Shown: in pieces, positions 39,801-50,440 of the stretch
Position numbering within the stretch: position 1 is the first letter of the stretch
Layout of the letters: every line of letters begins with the position of its first letter
From: Phoronis australis
Taxonomy: Eukaryota > Animalia > Phoronida
DNA length: 64,000 nt
Direction: 5' to 3'
Assembly (NCBI GenBank): GCA_002633005.1
Contig: NMRA01000083.1
Coordinates: forward strand, 711,161 to 775,160
Made by a program: the position numbers and the translations under genes
The notes under the pieces: generated by a model
Databases searched by the model: none
Told to the model about the DNA's origin: nothing
What the model saw: only the letters and a program-made list of their open reading frames with translations

Positions 39801-41720
39801 GGGCTAGAGAGCATGATACAGAGGTAAGTGACATCTACTGGGAGTTTGTGAAATGATACCAATATGGCTGCTCATCATAGTTTTAGGGAGCTGACTAAAA
39901 ATCTATCTCAGTGATGTAATATCTGTTTCAGGCTCGGGAGATTGGAAAGCGTGGACAAGAGTATGTGAGGGAACACCTTCAGCCTAACCACATCTTTTGT
40001 TACCACGTGGTGCTATTTAAGGTAGTAAAGGGTACCTGCTGTAGTGTACTGGGGAATTTATGTCTGTTTAAGAGATATTTTTGTTTATTTAGCATGGACA
40101 TACATGATGACAAAGTTGGTCATTAGTTCTACGAATAATGTAGAAGATTTAGAAACGATCGTTGTTGTATAAGGACTGGGCTCAAACAAAGTTAAGAAAT
40201 TCAATAATAAGTCGTTCTTCTATTTAAGTTGTGTACAGCTTCATCATTGAAAACCTTTGATTTGATTCCTTTCCAAGTGGAGCCTTTTTAATTGGCTTTA
40301 ATATGAGTTTGTATCTGGAACTTTTATGCAATATCATTGACTGAGTGGCATGTGTTTACTGATTGCTTGTGCAGTTCTATTTGTCACCTCACATCTGATT
40401 TAAGGGGACGTTATTGTCTTTACGACTGAAACCAATTTTTTGGGATTACTGTTGGATGGGATAAATTTGTTGAGGTTATTAGCTTTGACCAGGGCTATAA
40501 AACAATGAACTCCATTGAGCTTTTATGATTTTATTACAATTTTTGTTGTTTTTTTTGCTGGGGATTTATTGAACTCAAGCCGGATAACTTTACCAGTTTT
40601 AACTGCTAAAGTATGCTTGAAATACTCTACCATTGATAGAATAGAATTTATCTACAACAGTAAAGCTTTAGATTTTACTTCAGAGGTTGTAGGTTAAATT
40701 CCAGGTTGAAACTAAATCCCTTTTTTTGCCTATAATGTCTCTTTATTGCTTTTGTCATTACTTAATTAGTACTAATTCATACGTTTCTGTAAAAAATAAT
40801 TGAAATATTGACATATGTCTCAATCTGTATGTCATCTTTTGATCATACTTGCCAGGAATTTGCCAAAAAGTTATCTTCCAAACCAAAAGTATATGCTGAC
40901 ATGGAACTGGTGGAGCAGCCTAATGACAGAGAATCTCAGTGCGACTGTAAACGCAGTAAAAAAAAGGTAAAGACATAGCAGCCAATGGGGCTGTGGTTTT
41001 CTCCCTAAAAGTTGTGCCCTAAACCAAATTGACTGGAAGTGTATGATCATGTAGTCTTACAAGTTGTCAGGTTATATCAATAGATGGCGCTATATACCCA
41101 TATGAAATCTGTACTGACATGACTGTTTGATTAATTGTGTGTACCATCTATAATAATATTTGCACTTTGTCTTCAAGTTGCTTAACCGAGTTGGGTGAAT
41201 AAGATTAAACCAAAATTTTGTATGTGATGCATCGTAACGAACCGTGATCTTTGGTCCGGGTACAAAAAAATCCCAAAGTTATGTCTTAACATTTTTTAGC
41301 AATAATTGCAGAAATCTGAAAAGCTGTGGTTGTAAGACCACCTACTTTTGTCAAAGTTTATTGTGTTGATTAAAAATGGATGTGTTCGTTGAAAAAATTT
41401 GAAACTTTTTGAAAACTTAAAAAATCTTTCCAATTTCAGTACCAATTAAAAGCTGATCGAAAATCGTAAAAATCAGATTCAACAACTTTGTAAAAAATCC
41501 TTCGTTGTTTGTAATATTTCTGTCTTGGACAGGATCATTGTTTGTTTGAATTGCAATGCTAAACTCATGGATTTGCGTAAAAAGTCACGAAGTGCGTACA
41601 TTGTAATGATTATTTGTGGTCCCCGCAACAAAGTTGGTTTGGGAAGAGGTAGCTTTGTGAAATGAGTGCTATTATTGTAATCATTATTTTTTGTTTTAAT
41701 TTCAGAAGGATGAGCTGTGA
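30699..41720 (+). CDS. POGLUT2: KDEL motif-containing protein / protein O-glucosyltransferase 2/3 (signal peptide, filamin-like domain, CAP10/GT90 domain, KDEL), 10 coding exons, ~509 aa
   Basis: Exons 30699-30871, 31270-31475, 34579-34793, 35774-35851, 37213-37406, 39118-39355, 39614-39823, 39932-40021, 40856-40966, 41706-41720. All introns are GT-AG and the total is 1530 nt. Motifs [80 protein letters not shown] and C-terminal KDEL. Probably co-orthologous to vertebrate KDELC1/KDELC2. Confidence 0.95.
31270..31475 (+). CDS. POGLUT2: POGLUT2/KDELC coding exon 2 (filamin-like domain)
   Basis: [12 protein letters not shown]...[14 protein letters not shown]...VAESPY. Confidence 0.93.
33662..33993. 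repeat. ~180-bp tandem duplication containing (ATC)n/(GTC)n
   Basis: acatcttcgctagtcatatgaatg and ttaatttc.ccaagtgtc.ctca each occur twice. Confidence 0.85.
34579..34793 (+). CDS. POGLUT2: POGLUT2/KDELC coding exon 3
   Basis: [11 protein letters not shown]...[11 protein letters not shown]. Confidence 0.93.
35123..35198. repeat. (GA)n/(GGGA)n purine microsatellite
   Basis: Directly visible. Confidence 0.9.
35774..35851 (+). CDS. POGLUT2: POGLUT2/KDELC coding exon 4
   Basis: [26 protein letters not shown]. Confidence 0.93.
36330..36759. mobile_element. MITE with ~40-bp imperfect TIRs
   Basis: gtgcccagttacatgaaacagtccgaaatagggactcaacta vs tagttgggtccctatttgggactgtttcatgcaaacaggcac. Confidence 0.8.
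37213..37406 (+). CDS. POGLUT2: POGLUT2/KDELC coding exon 5
   Basis: [16 protein letters not shown]...[20 protein letters not shown]. Confidence 0.95.
37438..37910. mobile_element. MITE with CAGGGCTTGGAAT TIRs, CpG-rich, in POGLUT2 intron 5
   Basis: TIRs plus repeated subterminal TTCCGC motifs. Confidence 0.85.
38187..38281 (+). pseudogene. THAP domain N-terminal remnant
   Basis: [15 protein letters not shown]..., then KFIAFPT in a shifted frame. Confidence 0.6.
39118..39355 (+). CDS. POGLUT2: POGLUT2/KDELC coding exon 6
   Basis: VSLDLMSVQ...[11 protein letters not shown]...HISFMDFFK. Confidence 0.95.
39614..39823 (+). CDS. POGLUT2: POGLUT2/KDELC coding exon 7
   Basis: [19 protein letters not shown]...WAREHDTE. 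Confidence 0.95.
39932..40021 (+). CDS. POGLUT2: POGLUT2/KDELC coding exon 8
   Basis: [30 protein letters not shown]. Confidence 0.92.
40400..40745. mobile_element. Kolobok-like MITE (TTAA-GGGGACGTTAT ... ATAATGTCTCT-TTA)
   Basis: Imperfect TIRs; internal gctttgaccag.gc.ataaaacaa shared with the 50260 and 58107 copies. Confidence 0.6.
40856..40966 (+). CDS. POGLUT2: POGLUT2/KDELC coding exon 9
   Basis: [37 protein letters not shown]. Confidence 0.9.
41706..41720 (+). CDS. POGLUT2: POGLUT2/KDELC terminal coding exon (KDEL-stop)
   Basis: Long T-rich tract, ttcag, then AAG GAT GAG CTG TGA. Confidence 0.9.
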   Translation, partial: KDEL

Positions 41721-43506
41721 TATTTGGACTACTCTGGCTGTTTTGGACTGTTGCATAATTTAAATATTGTTATCTGCTTAACAGAGATTCCTAGCAGAAT
41801 GAAGGTGTCTATGAAGGTTTGGCATCTTAGATATTCAGTACTTACTGCAAGGGGCAAACAGAAATGGTGGTTCCAAAGATTTAAGAATATCTTTATCTTA
41901 GTTGCTATCAATCCTGGTGGATGAAAACAATGGAATGCTGCATTTTACGAAGAGAAGTTTCAAAATTCATGCATAAAGGCATTATGCACGTACACTCAAT
42001 TAGCTCTGTAATTCAGTGTGTGTATCATGCTGACTGGCTTGTGATAAATCTAACCTGTTTTAATTGAAACGACACAACATTTTAGTTTGAAATCGAACGT
42101 CATTTTGATTTTAGATATTTTTCAGCGGGATTATATGTGTGAGCCTTTTGATTTACTCATCTGGGCTGAAATACCGTAACAATTTGTGATATTATGTAAG
42201 GAGTCGCGAAAAATGACATGTGTGACTCTTCACATGAAGTTTTCCAGCAGCGTATGCAGAACGTGACCATAGTGTGCTGTTCTTTATCATGTAAATAACT
42301 TTTGATGTTCTAATGTCAAAGTTTTCACGATGCATGCTTTGAGACATAACCTTCAAAACATTCAGACATTAAAGTATCCGTGTCTTCAAAATTAATCCAT
42401 CAGATTATACTGTACACTACCATGGATTATGTTCATAACTTCTAATTAGGAAACTGTCAGGCAATATTTACCAGCATCTCAGTTATTTTTGTCAGAAAAA
42501 CCATGCTTAGAGGCAGTTCAGTCTTTACGAAGGTTTTTTAGCTTACCTGTAACCTTATCACATCTTAGTCTAGACTAGTGCCATAGCAAGCTTAGACGGC
42601 TATGGGGTCAGTCTCGTGATTGTGATTTATTACTTAAGACCGAAATTGGGTCTGCTTCACTGTTGCTGAAAAAGAGTTTATCCAAGTAATCATGTGCACA
42701 GTGGTTGCAACCTAGAAATAAATTGTAGAAATTATCACAGTAGCTAGCAGTTATCATGTACATTCTCAGAGACTTCTTACTTTTGCTCATGTGAGATTTG
42801 AGTATTTTTCTAAAATAGTTGTGTGGAGCGCAAGACCTCATTTCTGACTTAAGGGAAAAGGTTACCCCCCCTCTCATGGCAAACATTTTCCTTTACATTT
42901 AATTCCATGTTGATGTACGCTAGGTAACAGCAACACACTTCGTTTCATTTTCATAAAAATCTTAATAGTCCCATTTTTTGATAACCCCTCGTGCAAACCT
43001 GGACTGCTTTATAAACAATCTCTTGCACCCCTGTTTAAAGAATAATGCATAAATTCTAGTAAGAGGACAATTAGGTGTTTCTGAGACATGTAAAGACGTT
43101 GGCCAAATTTTGATAATTTTCCAATGGTTACCCCTCACCCGATAGCTTTGTGGGACCTTCATTGACAAGTGGTGTACTAAACCAAACATGTACGAAACTA
43201 CAGATTTCAACTTTGTGAAGGGATATCTTTTCTGAATGTAGAGAGAAAGGTACATCGATACTAAAACAATCGTATAAATTACGCGGCCAAATTTTGTTTG
43301 ATTTAATTGCATAATGAAATCTCAAAAACCTTGTTACAATTTATTTTCGTTTTGTACAACAATTTTTCATGAAAATAAAAAAGTCTGCATCTGTTTGAAG
43401 AACAGTGCATAAATTATAGTACCTGAGAGTATTATTACAATACGATAGGTCACTTCTGAGATATAATATTTCGAAATTGGCTAGATTTAGGTATTTCCTT
43501 AGGTTT

Positions 43507-43579
43507 AAAACGTATAACAGCGCCTCTATTGACTGACAATTTAAAGTAGTCTGTCAATAGAGGCGCTGTTATATGTTTT
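43507..43579. repeat. 31-bp inverted repeat (29/31) with 11-nt loop
   Basis: aaaacgtataacagcgcctctattgactgac / gtctgtcaatagaggcgctgttatatgtttt. Confidence 0.9.
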
Positions 43580-44929
43580 AATTCTAACCGTTCTACTTCC
43601 ACAAGTTGTTTTGGGACCACTTTGACTTATTCCTGTTTCATTTATAGTTTTTATGTGCTTTCGTTTTGACATTAGGTGGCATTTATTTCATTTCGTTTTT
43701 GTAATTACATTTTTATACTTTTTGATTAGTTGTTTTAGCATTTATCTGTTCTGTTAGCAGAACTCTGGTGAAGAATTTCTGTAACTGTTCTTGGTTTTGC
43801 AATAAAGTGTAAACAAAAACACGTAAACTTTCAATGGGAGTTTGAACTGCCACGGAATTAACTTTTTGGATCATTTGCCTGTAATCTTAACTAGTTTAGA
43901 TTTTTTATCTGTTACCTATACATGTGTAAGAGTTACACTACGTATAAAAGTTAGGAAGTTTTTATCTCAAATTGAATTTTGGTTAGTTACTACTGATGTA
44001 AACTGGACTTGGACCAAAAAGATGGAGAGCTCTTTAGTGAAACATGGTTCTGGTAAATTCACAACGAACCAACACCACTCTCCCGCAGCGACGCACCACG
44101 CCATTCTAGACGGCACTGTGCAAAAACAGAATTTTTGTCTGGGGGAAGGGAGAATAGGAAAAATGTCTACTTCACATTATCGGAGTTAAAACGGAATCTA
44201 TAGATAGAGAAATCTGTAGGCGAGACGACGTCAACTCCGGCGTTGAATTCGTCGACTGCCATATTGGAATGTGCTGTGTCCGTGTTTCCAGCCTTGAGGA
44301 GTAAACCAGTTTTATGGGACTGAGACTTGGAAAAGTATTAAAAGTTAAGTTTCGCATTTACGGCGCACTTAGCGTCAGGTAATCTTTTTTTAATGAATAA
44401 CCTAATTATCGTTCACCTGTCACTGACGTCATGGTTTACCAAATTACAAGAAGGCGGGTTAGTGCTTAGTTCCATGCCGCCCTGACTGCAAGAACTTACA
44501 GCAATGCCGAACGTTCCCCTTGGCAACTCGTGGTGTACTTTACAGATTAGAGAAATTTCACCTGAATAAGACAACGAAGTACACCGACTCCACATACCTT
44601 GTAAAATAGTGCCGTTAAATTAATGTCAAAAATAACACAAACCAATTCCACGGTTGGCAAGATACTCAAAAAGAATTTTAACTATTGCCTCATGAGCGCT
44701 TTTTCTGGTTTAAGTTAGTAATTGGTCATTTGCGGTTGTAATTAAAAGTCAAGAAATGTCAACCTGTCTGAATGAATATTAGAAGCTCATTTAGAAACGT
44801 AGTTTTGATATGTCTTTGTTTCGCAAATCAAGGGTCGCCATATGGTGTTATCGTCTGCTGCTAGGTCTGTGAGATGAAACAATGGATTGCGGTGAGAAGC
44901 TGTCTAGGCCTATTTCAGATATCTCTTAA

Positions 44930-45667
44930 AGCTGCATGATGCCCTGTTCAGCTGGTGTAAAACAAAATATTGAATTCTTATGCGCGTTGGGTTAAAAAAG
45001 CAACCACTCTCATCCGATTTTGAATTATATATTGTTGCCGATCGAACCACAAGCAATGCGTACATGTACCGTTTCCGTAAACGCAATTTTAGGGTTGGCC
45101 ATCCCCAGTTAAACTCAAGCTTTTTTGAGTCTCTGGTAGTTTCGGTGTTCTTGTTAGTAACGGAGATAGAATCCTATAGCGATCTCATGAGAGTAAAAAG
45201 CCCATTCCATTTTCGATCTTTGGCTCGCTAAACAGGGCGAAATGTTGTTTTTCAAAGCATTGCATTGACTATAATCACTAGTGCGTCAAGTGAACATTTT
45301 ACTACAAACCGGAATACGCAGACAGTTTAACATAGAAGATGGTGCCTCGTGTGCCTTTATTTCTTAGTAATTTTCATTTCTGTTTGGAATGTCATGTAAA
45401 GCACAGCTGTCAACAAATTATTCTATTCTTATCATGGTGAGCCATGGATTTTGGGCGGGTAGGTCGAGTTTTGAGAGTAATGGACTCAACTTTGAGAGCG
45501 AGTGAACTGAATTTACAGGTCCGTGAATCATGTTCATAAGTGCGTGAAGCGTGTTGTTTGAGCAGCCTGAGATGTAATACAATTACTAGTTAATGGACAC
45601 ACTCTGAGATTATTATTAAGTGTGGCTTGTGATGTACATCTAAGTTAATTATTTAAAAAATGCAACT
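44930..45667. mobile_element. Old Kolobok-like element (TTAA-AGCTGCAT ... ATGCAACT-GTAA)
   Basis: Short degenerate TIRs; internal 45155-45243 is similar to 635-725 (tgagagtaaa...gctaaacagggcgaaa). Confidence 0.4.
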
Positions 45668-46329
45668 GTAACACAGAGTATTTAATGAGTGCAGTTGTGC
45701 GTACTGTGATTTTTGAATGAGTTACTGACTGTATTTCTAAAAGTTCTAGAAGCCCCATTAAGAACAGAGTTTGAAATTTTCTTTTCTGTCCTTATCACAT
45801 TTTTGCCTTCCTCTAACAAGTCTGTTAATACGGGAAATGTCCGAGTATGCACCAAATGCGACACACCCGTTGTATACCAGAAACACGTTACCAACGTTTC
45901 CATAGGTCTTAGGTCTGAGCTACGAAACTTCGCCATCCATCGGTTTGTATTCGTTATTTAAAAACTGGTCCATAGGTTTTGACTACTTTTGCCGGTACTG
46001 GCAATTGAGTGCTAAGTCTAGGTAGACCTAAACACTCCACGGAAACACTCCGCGGCTTCCACCATTTAAATTCAATCCAAATGAGAATGTTTGGTTTACT
46101 AATGGACTTTCGTGTTTCACCTGCTGTCATTAAGTATTTATAGGCTAACTTATTTGAATGACAGGTTTATAAAATATTAGCTCATGCATGCATGTTTTCA
46201 CGAATAAATGTAATAAGTCGAGACTGCAGAGGTAAAATGAAACCAAAACATGGCGGCACCTTTATTCTCCAGGATAAAATTCGAATTGAAATAAATTTTA
46301 ACTCTAGCTTTCAAACATGCACCGTGTGC

Positions 46330-47450
46330 TCGTCAGATGAGAAAAGCGGAACCAATAGAAACTCCTGGCAGGGCAAGCGCGAATGGTACAAGAGAGTAAA
46401 GTGAGACGACGAGGAGAAATAAGTAGACGGAGAGGAAATGTATATAAAATATAATGATGTCATGTGCGATATGTCTCTGTTGACACCCAGTGTCAGGTGG
46501 TAAAACCAGGACAATCTCGCTGGCCTTACTCCTACTCTGTGGCAAGGGGAAACTGTCCTCTTAGTATCACGGAGAAATTGAAATTCTCGGGGTCCCAACT
46601 GTTTAGTGACAAATTGTCTGTATATGATCATGCGGATGTGGAGAGGTCCTTTACAGGCTCACCTATACCACGCCTGAGGGCGTTTATCGTACCCAGAAGA
46701 CTTGCTCGTAAAACGTTTATTAACTGTGCAGGAGGTGCCGCTAGGTCGCATGATCACTCAGCTTAGATCCTCGGCGCACATCATGTGCGTACCCAGCCTA
46801 AAAATGGTAGGTAGGCTCAAATTTATGAGAATGTGGACTTTACTAAAAAAATATATGCGGACCTTTTACTAAAAAAGCTGGGAATTGTGCATTCGCCGAA
46901 TTTTGATAGTTTAGTAGTTCCTGCCTCTTTAATGGACTTTTGCCTCGTTTTCTACTTTTCCGGACTTTTTGTTTCTCTAAGACGGACCTTTTCGCCCACT
47001 TCTCCANCCCCGCTGGGTGCGCGCATGCACATGCACCGTTTTACGATTTCACGTTCAACTATTCTAGTGCGGGTGGTTTATTTCAGTAGCTGTGTGATTA
47101 CCCAGGCATAGCATCTAGATGAGGCTGGAGGGCTACTCCAAATCCGCAAGCACGGACATGAGTTGGTCACTAAACACACCTCTCCCGCGGTCTCAATCTG
47201 GAGGACCTCGCTGTATGCCTATTGAAGTGCGGCCTGACTCTTCCCATGTCTATAGGCTTAAGACCAGCGAAATTGTCCTCACTTTAAGATTTCACACCAA
47301 ACGCAATGGTCTCAGGAGAGACATTGGGCGCACGAGTCATCGTATTTAATTTCCACTTTCCCGTCTCCCCTTATTTTTCCCTTTTCGTCTCCCTTTCATT
47401 CCTTCGTACCATTCGCTCATGCCCTGTCTGTAGTTTCCATTATTTCTATA
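46330..47450. repeat. Large diverged inverted repeat (arms ~46330-46660 and ~47190-47450)
   Basis: aggacaatctcgctggcctt vs aagaccagcgaaattgtcct; cagggcaagcgcgaatggtac vs gtaccattcgctcatgccctg. Confidence 0.7.
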
Positions 47451-50259
47451 ATCACCTGGCGAAGATCGAACTGTACATGCCCGAAAACCAGTATTTTTCA
47501 TTTCCTCTTACATTTTATACTAGAGATTAATAGCGCACTTTATGCCATATTATATTTCCATGTTTAGAGTGTCTACTGTTGCAGTAAGCATGGGCATTAG
47601 CATTCATCAATCGATTCGTAGTGAAGGTACACGTGTACTTGCGCCAGCCTTATCACCATTCATATTTTGTTTTATACTGCGCTGCCCTTATTAAGGAGTT
47701 CCACAGTTTTTATTTATTGTTCAACATTTTAAATTTTAATATATCATATTTATATCATTGCCTACCACGAATCTGCAAATAAAGTGTTTTTTTTTAGTTA
47801 CAACCGCATTAACAGAGGCACGTCTAAGAAAGATTTGAAATTTTCATGGGCTAGTGAAAAGCCACTTCTTATTACCTTAATGATTGAAATCCTCTTGAAA
47901 GAATATTAATTCCCCTGTACAATGCCAGTTTGATGTTTTAACGGCTTTATTCACTTTTCCAAGTTTACTCATTTTCTTACGTTGGCGTAGTAAGTAAACG
48001 TGTTTTCCCTGGATTTTGAGGATCTTATATTTTAGTGTTTTGACAAAAAGTTGTGCCACTAAATTTGTGTCTTTGACGTTTTTTTGACACCCTCGCGTTT
48101 TCTCGGAAATACGAAAAAAGTAGGACGCGACCAACATAAAATTTTAGCTCAAACAGGATCACTTAGAAGACGCCATTTGACAAACTCTCAAAAGCTCGAG
48201 ACCGCGAAAGCCTGCCCGGTATTTCACGTGACTGCGCCGTTTATGTTGATATGGTGTTATGTTGTGAAATGAGTTCAGTTGATGTGAATAATCTAAGACG
48301 AGAAGTTTCTTCTTTAAGAAATTGCCGTTGTGAAATTTCATGTGGCACGCTATTATTTATAGCCGTAATAACAAAAACTCTAAGCACAATAAACAATTTT
48401 CAAGTTAGATAATTTGTTTGAAATCATAAATAATGTGTTTAATATATTCACTGTTGTCAAACAACGATTACCTAATTGTAGCTTTTGGCAAACTGGACGT
48501 GCATATGCTACTATTAATATATTTGGGTTCGTGCTTCTGCACACACGCAATACAACCCTTCTTTAACCACGTATGAAATTTACTTGGTCAGCCAACACTA
48601 GCGAGTATTATCTTACTCATGATATCTGGCCAGATTATCTCCACATGTGGCGGTTTCACTGAGATAGAAAAAGAGTGACATCATCTTGTAATATCGGGCA
48701 TCACAAGCAATGCTAGGTGACTATTTCTACTTTCATTATTTGGATTAATCTCCTCCGCTCCCCTTTCCCGTAAATTGTCTCTTTGCCGAACTATTTTTGA
48801 GTGGACCGACGAAGTGTCATACATTTACACGTTTGGCGATCCAAAATGAACCGAGTCGTAGACGGTCTCGCCACCTGGTGACTGTTATATAAGACGGTCG
48901 CTTGTCATTGTATAAGTCGTGGGAGATTTCTAGTTGAAAAACCAGCCACGATACCTTGTACTTTGGCAACATATAAATCCACGAACTGTACGCGCCAAGG
49001 GTCCACCATCAATCACGAATGCTGATCAAAGTTCCTTTAGTGGGGCGTAGAACGCAGCCTTTTGTCGCACTAGCGAGGACATCCAGGGCTTGTTTCTCGA
49101 AGAGTCTATTACCAAGAGGTATTTCGTTTGGTGTTTTGGATGTATCATTATACTTTTAGTCTGCCCCCGAGTAGGCTACGGAATCTTGCCTTTTGGCTTT
49201 GAGTTATGGACAGATTTTCTGACCTTTTAGCTATTTCGTAAAACAGGCTAAGCTATCCCTGCTGGATTTTATTCAAAATTCGAAAGACAGTGTACTCTTC
49301 CAGAAACAGCTCTCTGTGTAATTAAATATTGGAAACCCCTTGAAAAGTGTAGACGGACACAACAATAGAAAAAGAATTATCACTGTCTTGAGTTTTTGAA
49401 TAGCCGACCACAAATGATTGCTAGCAAACACACCAACTTTCGTGACAAGAAGTATCACTTCGCTATCGGTCCATATTCCAAATGAAGAATCATTAGCAAT
49501 TTAAGCCAGTGCACCTAATAACAAGATCTATATAATTTTTTGTCGCACTTTAGTCATCTTCTAAGGATACTTGATAACGTCACGCGACATATGGATTTCT
49601 GTCGTTTTATGACGTCTTTGCCGTCAATGAAAGACAGAAACAGACTGCCAGAGATAACCCGACCACGAACCAATGTGGGTTATGGGTTTTGACTCCGACA
49701 TTTGAACTATAGTGGCGCTATTGAGGTCAGTAACAACGATCCCAGTGTATTGGAACAAACACGGAAAATGAACTGAATATTGCCAACAATCGTTTACAAC
49801 AATAAATAAAAAACAAAGAAATTTGCATAGTGCCGCATGTCTACCTTGGACAATAAAACACAGATTCGTGGTCCGAGTGACCACTATCCGGTATCACTTT
49901 AGTTTTCAATGTGCTGTCTCGGGATCTTCCTTCAATGCATTCAACAAAAATCGATTAGGTGTCAGTTACTCCTAACGCGTAAAAATCAATAAGTTTCCTA
50001 AAAATTCACTCTCTGCCTACAAGTTTGCAAATATTATTACCGCAATAACTACGATTTTTTTCTTGGGTTTACCACAGGTTTCAAATAGGTGTAATGATAC
50101 ATAAATGGCCGAAATTTGAAACTTTTTTCGCTTTGGCTGATTGCGTTAAACAGTCTCAAATCCTGACTGGAGTATGTTTCTGAGCTTTTCATCGAGTTAG
50201 TGGACTTGTATAAATACTGGCTGCCCTTTCTAATATCAAAACTTTCACCGTGGCTAGTT

Positions 50260-50440
50260 TTAAAGGGACATTGCCGCTCTTGGGGCCAAAAAAGCAAAAT
50301 TTTGGGATTAATGTTGAATGAGAAGTTACTAGCTTTGACCAGAGCCATAAAACAACAAAATCCTCTGAGTGTTTTGTGATTTTATTACAAATCGCCAGTT
50401 CTCGCCGTTGTCTGCCAGACATTCGCTAAAATCAAGGCCA
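50260..50440 (+). mobile_element. Left end of TTAA-AGGGACA repeat family
   Basis: Aligns with 58107-58293 and 59572-59708; right end not found. Confidence 0.65.
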
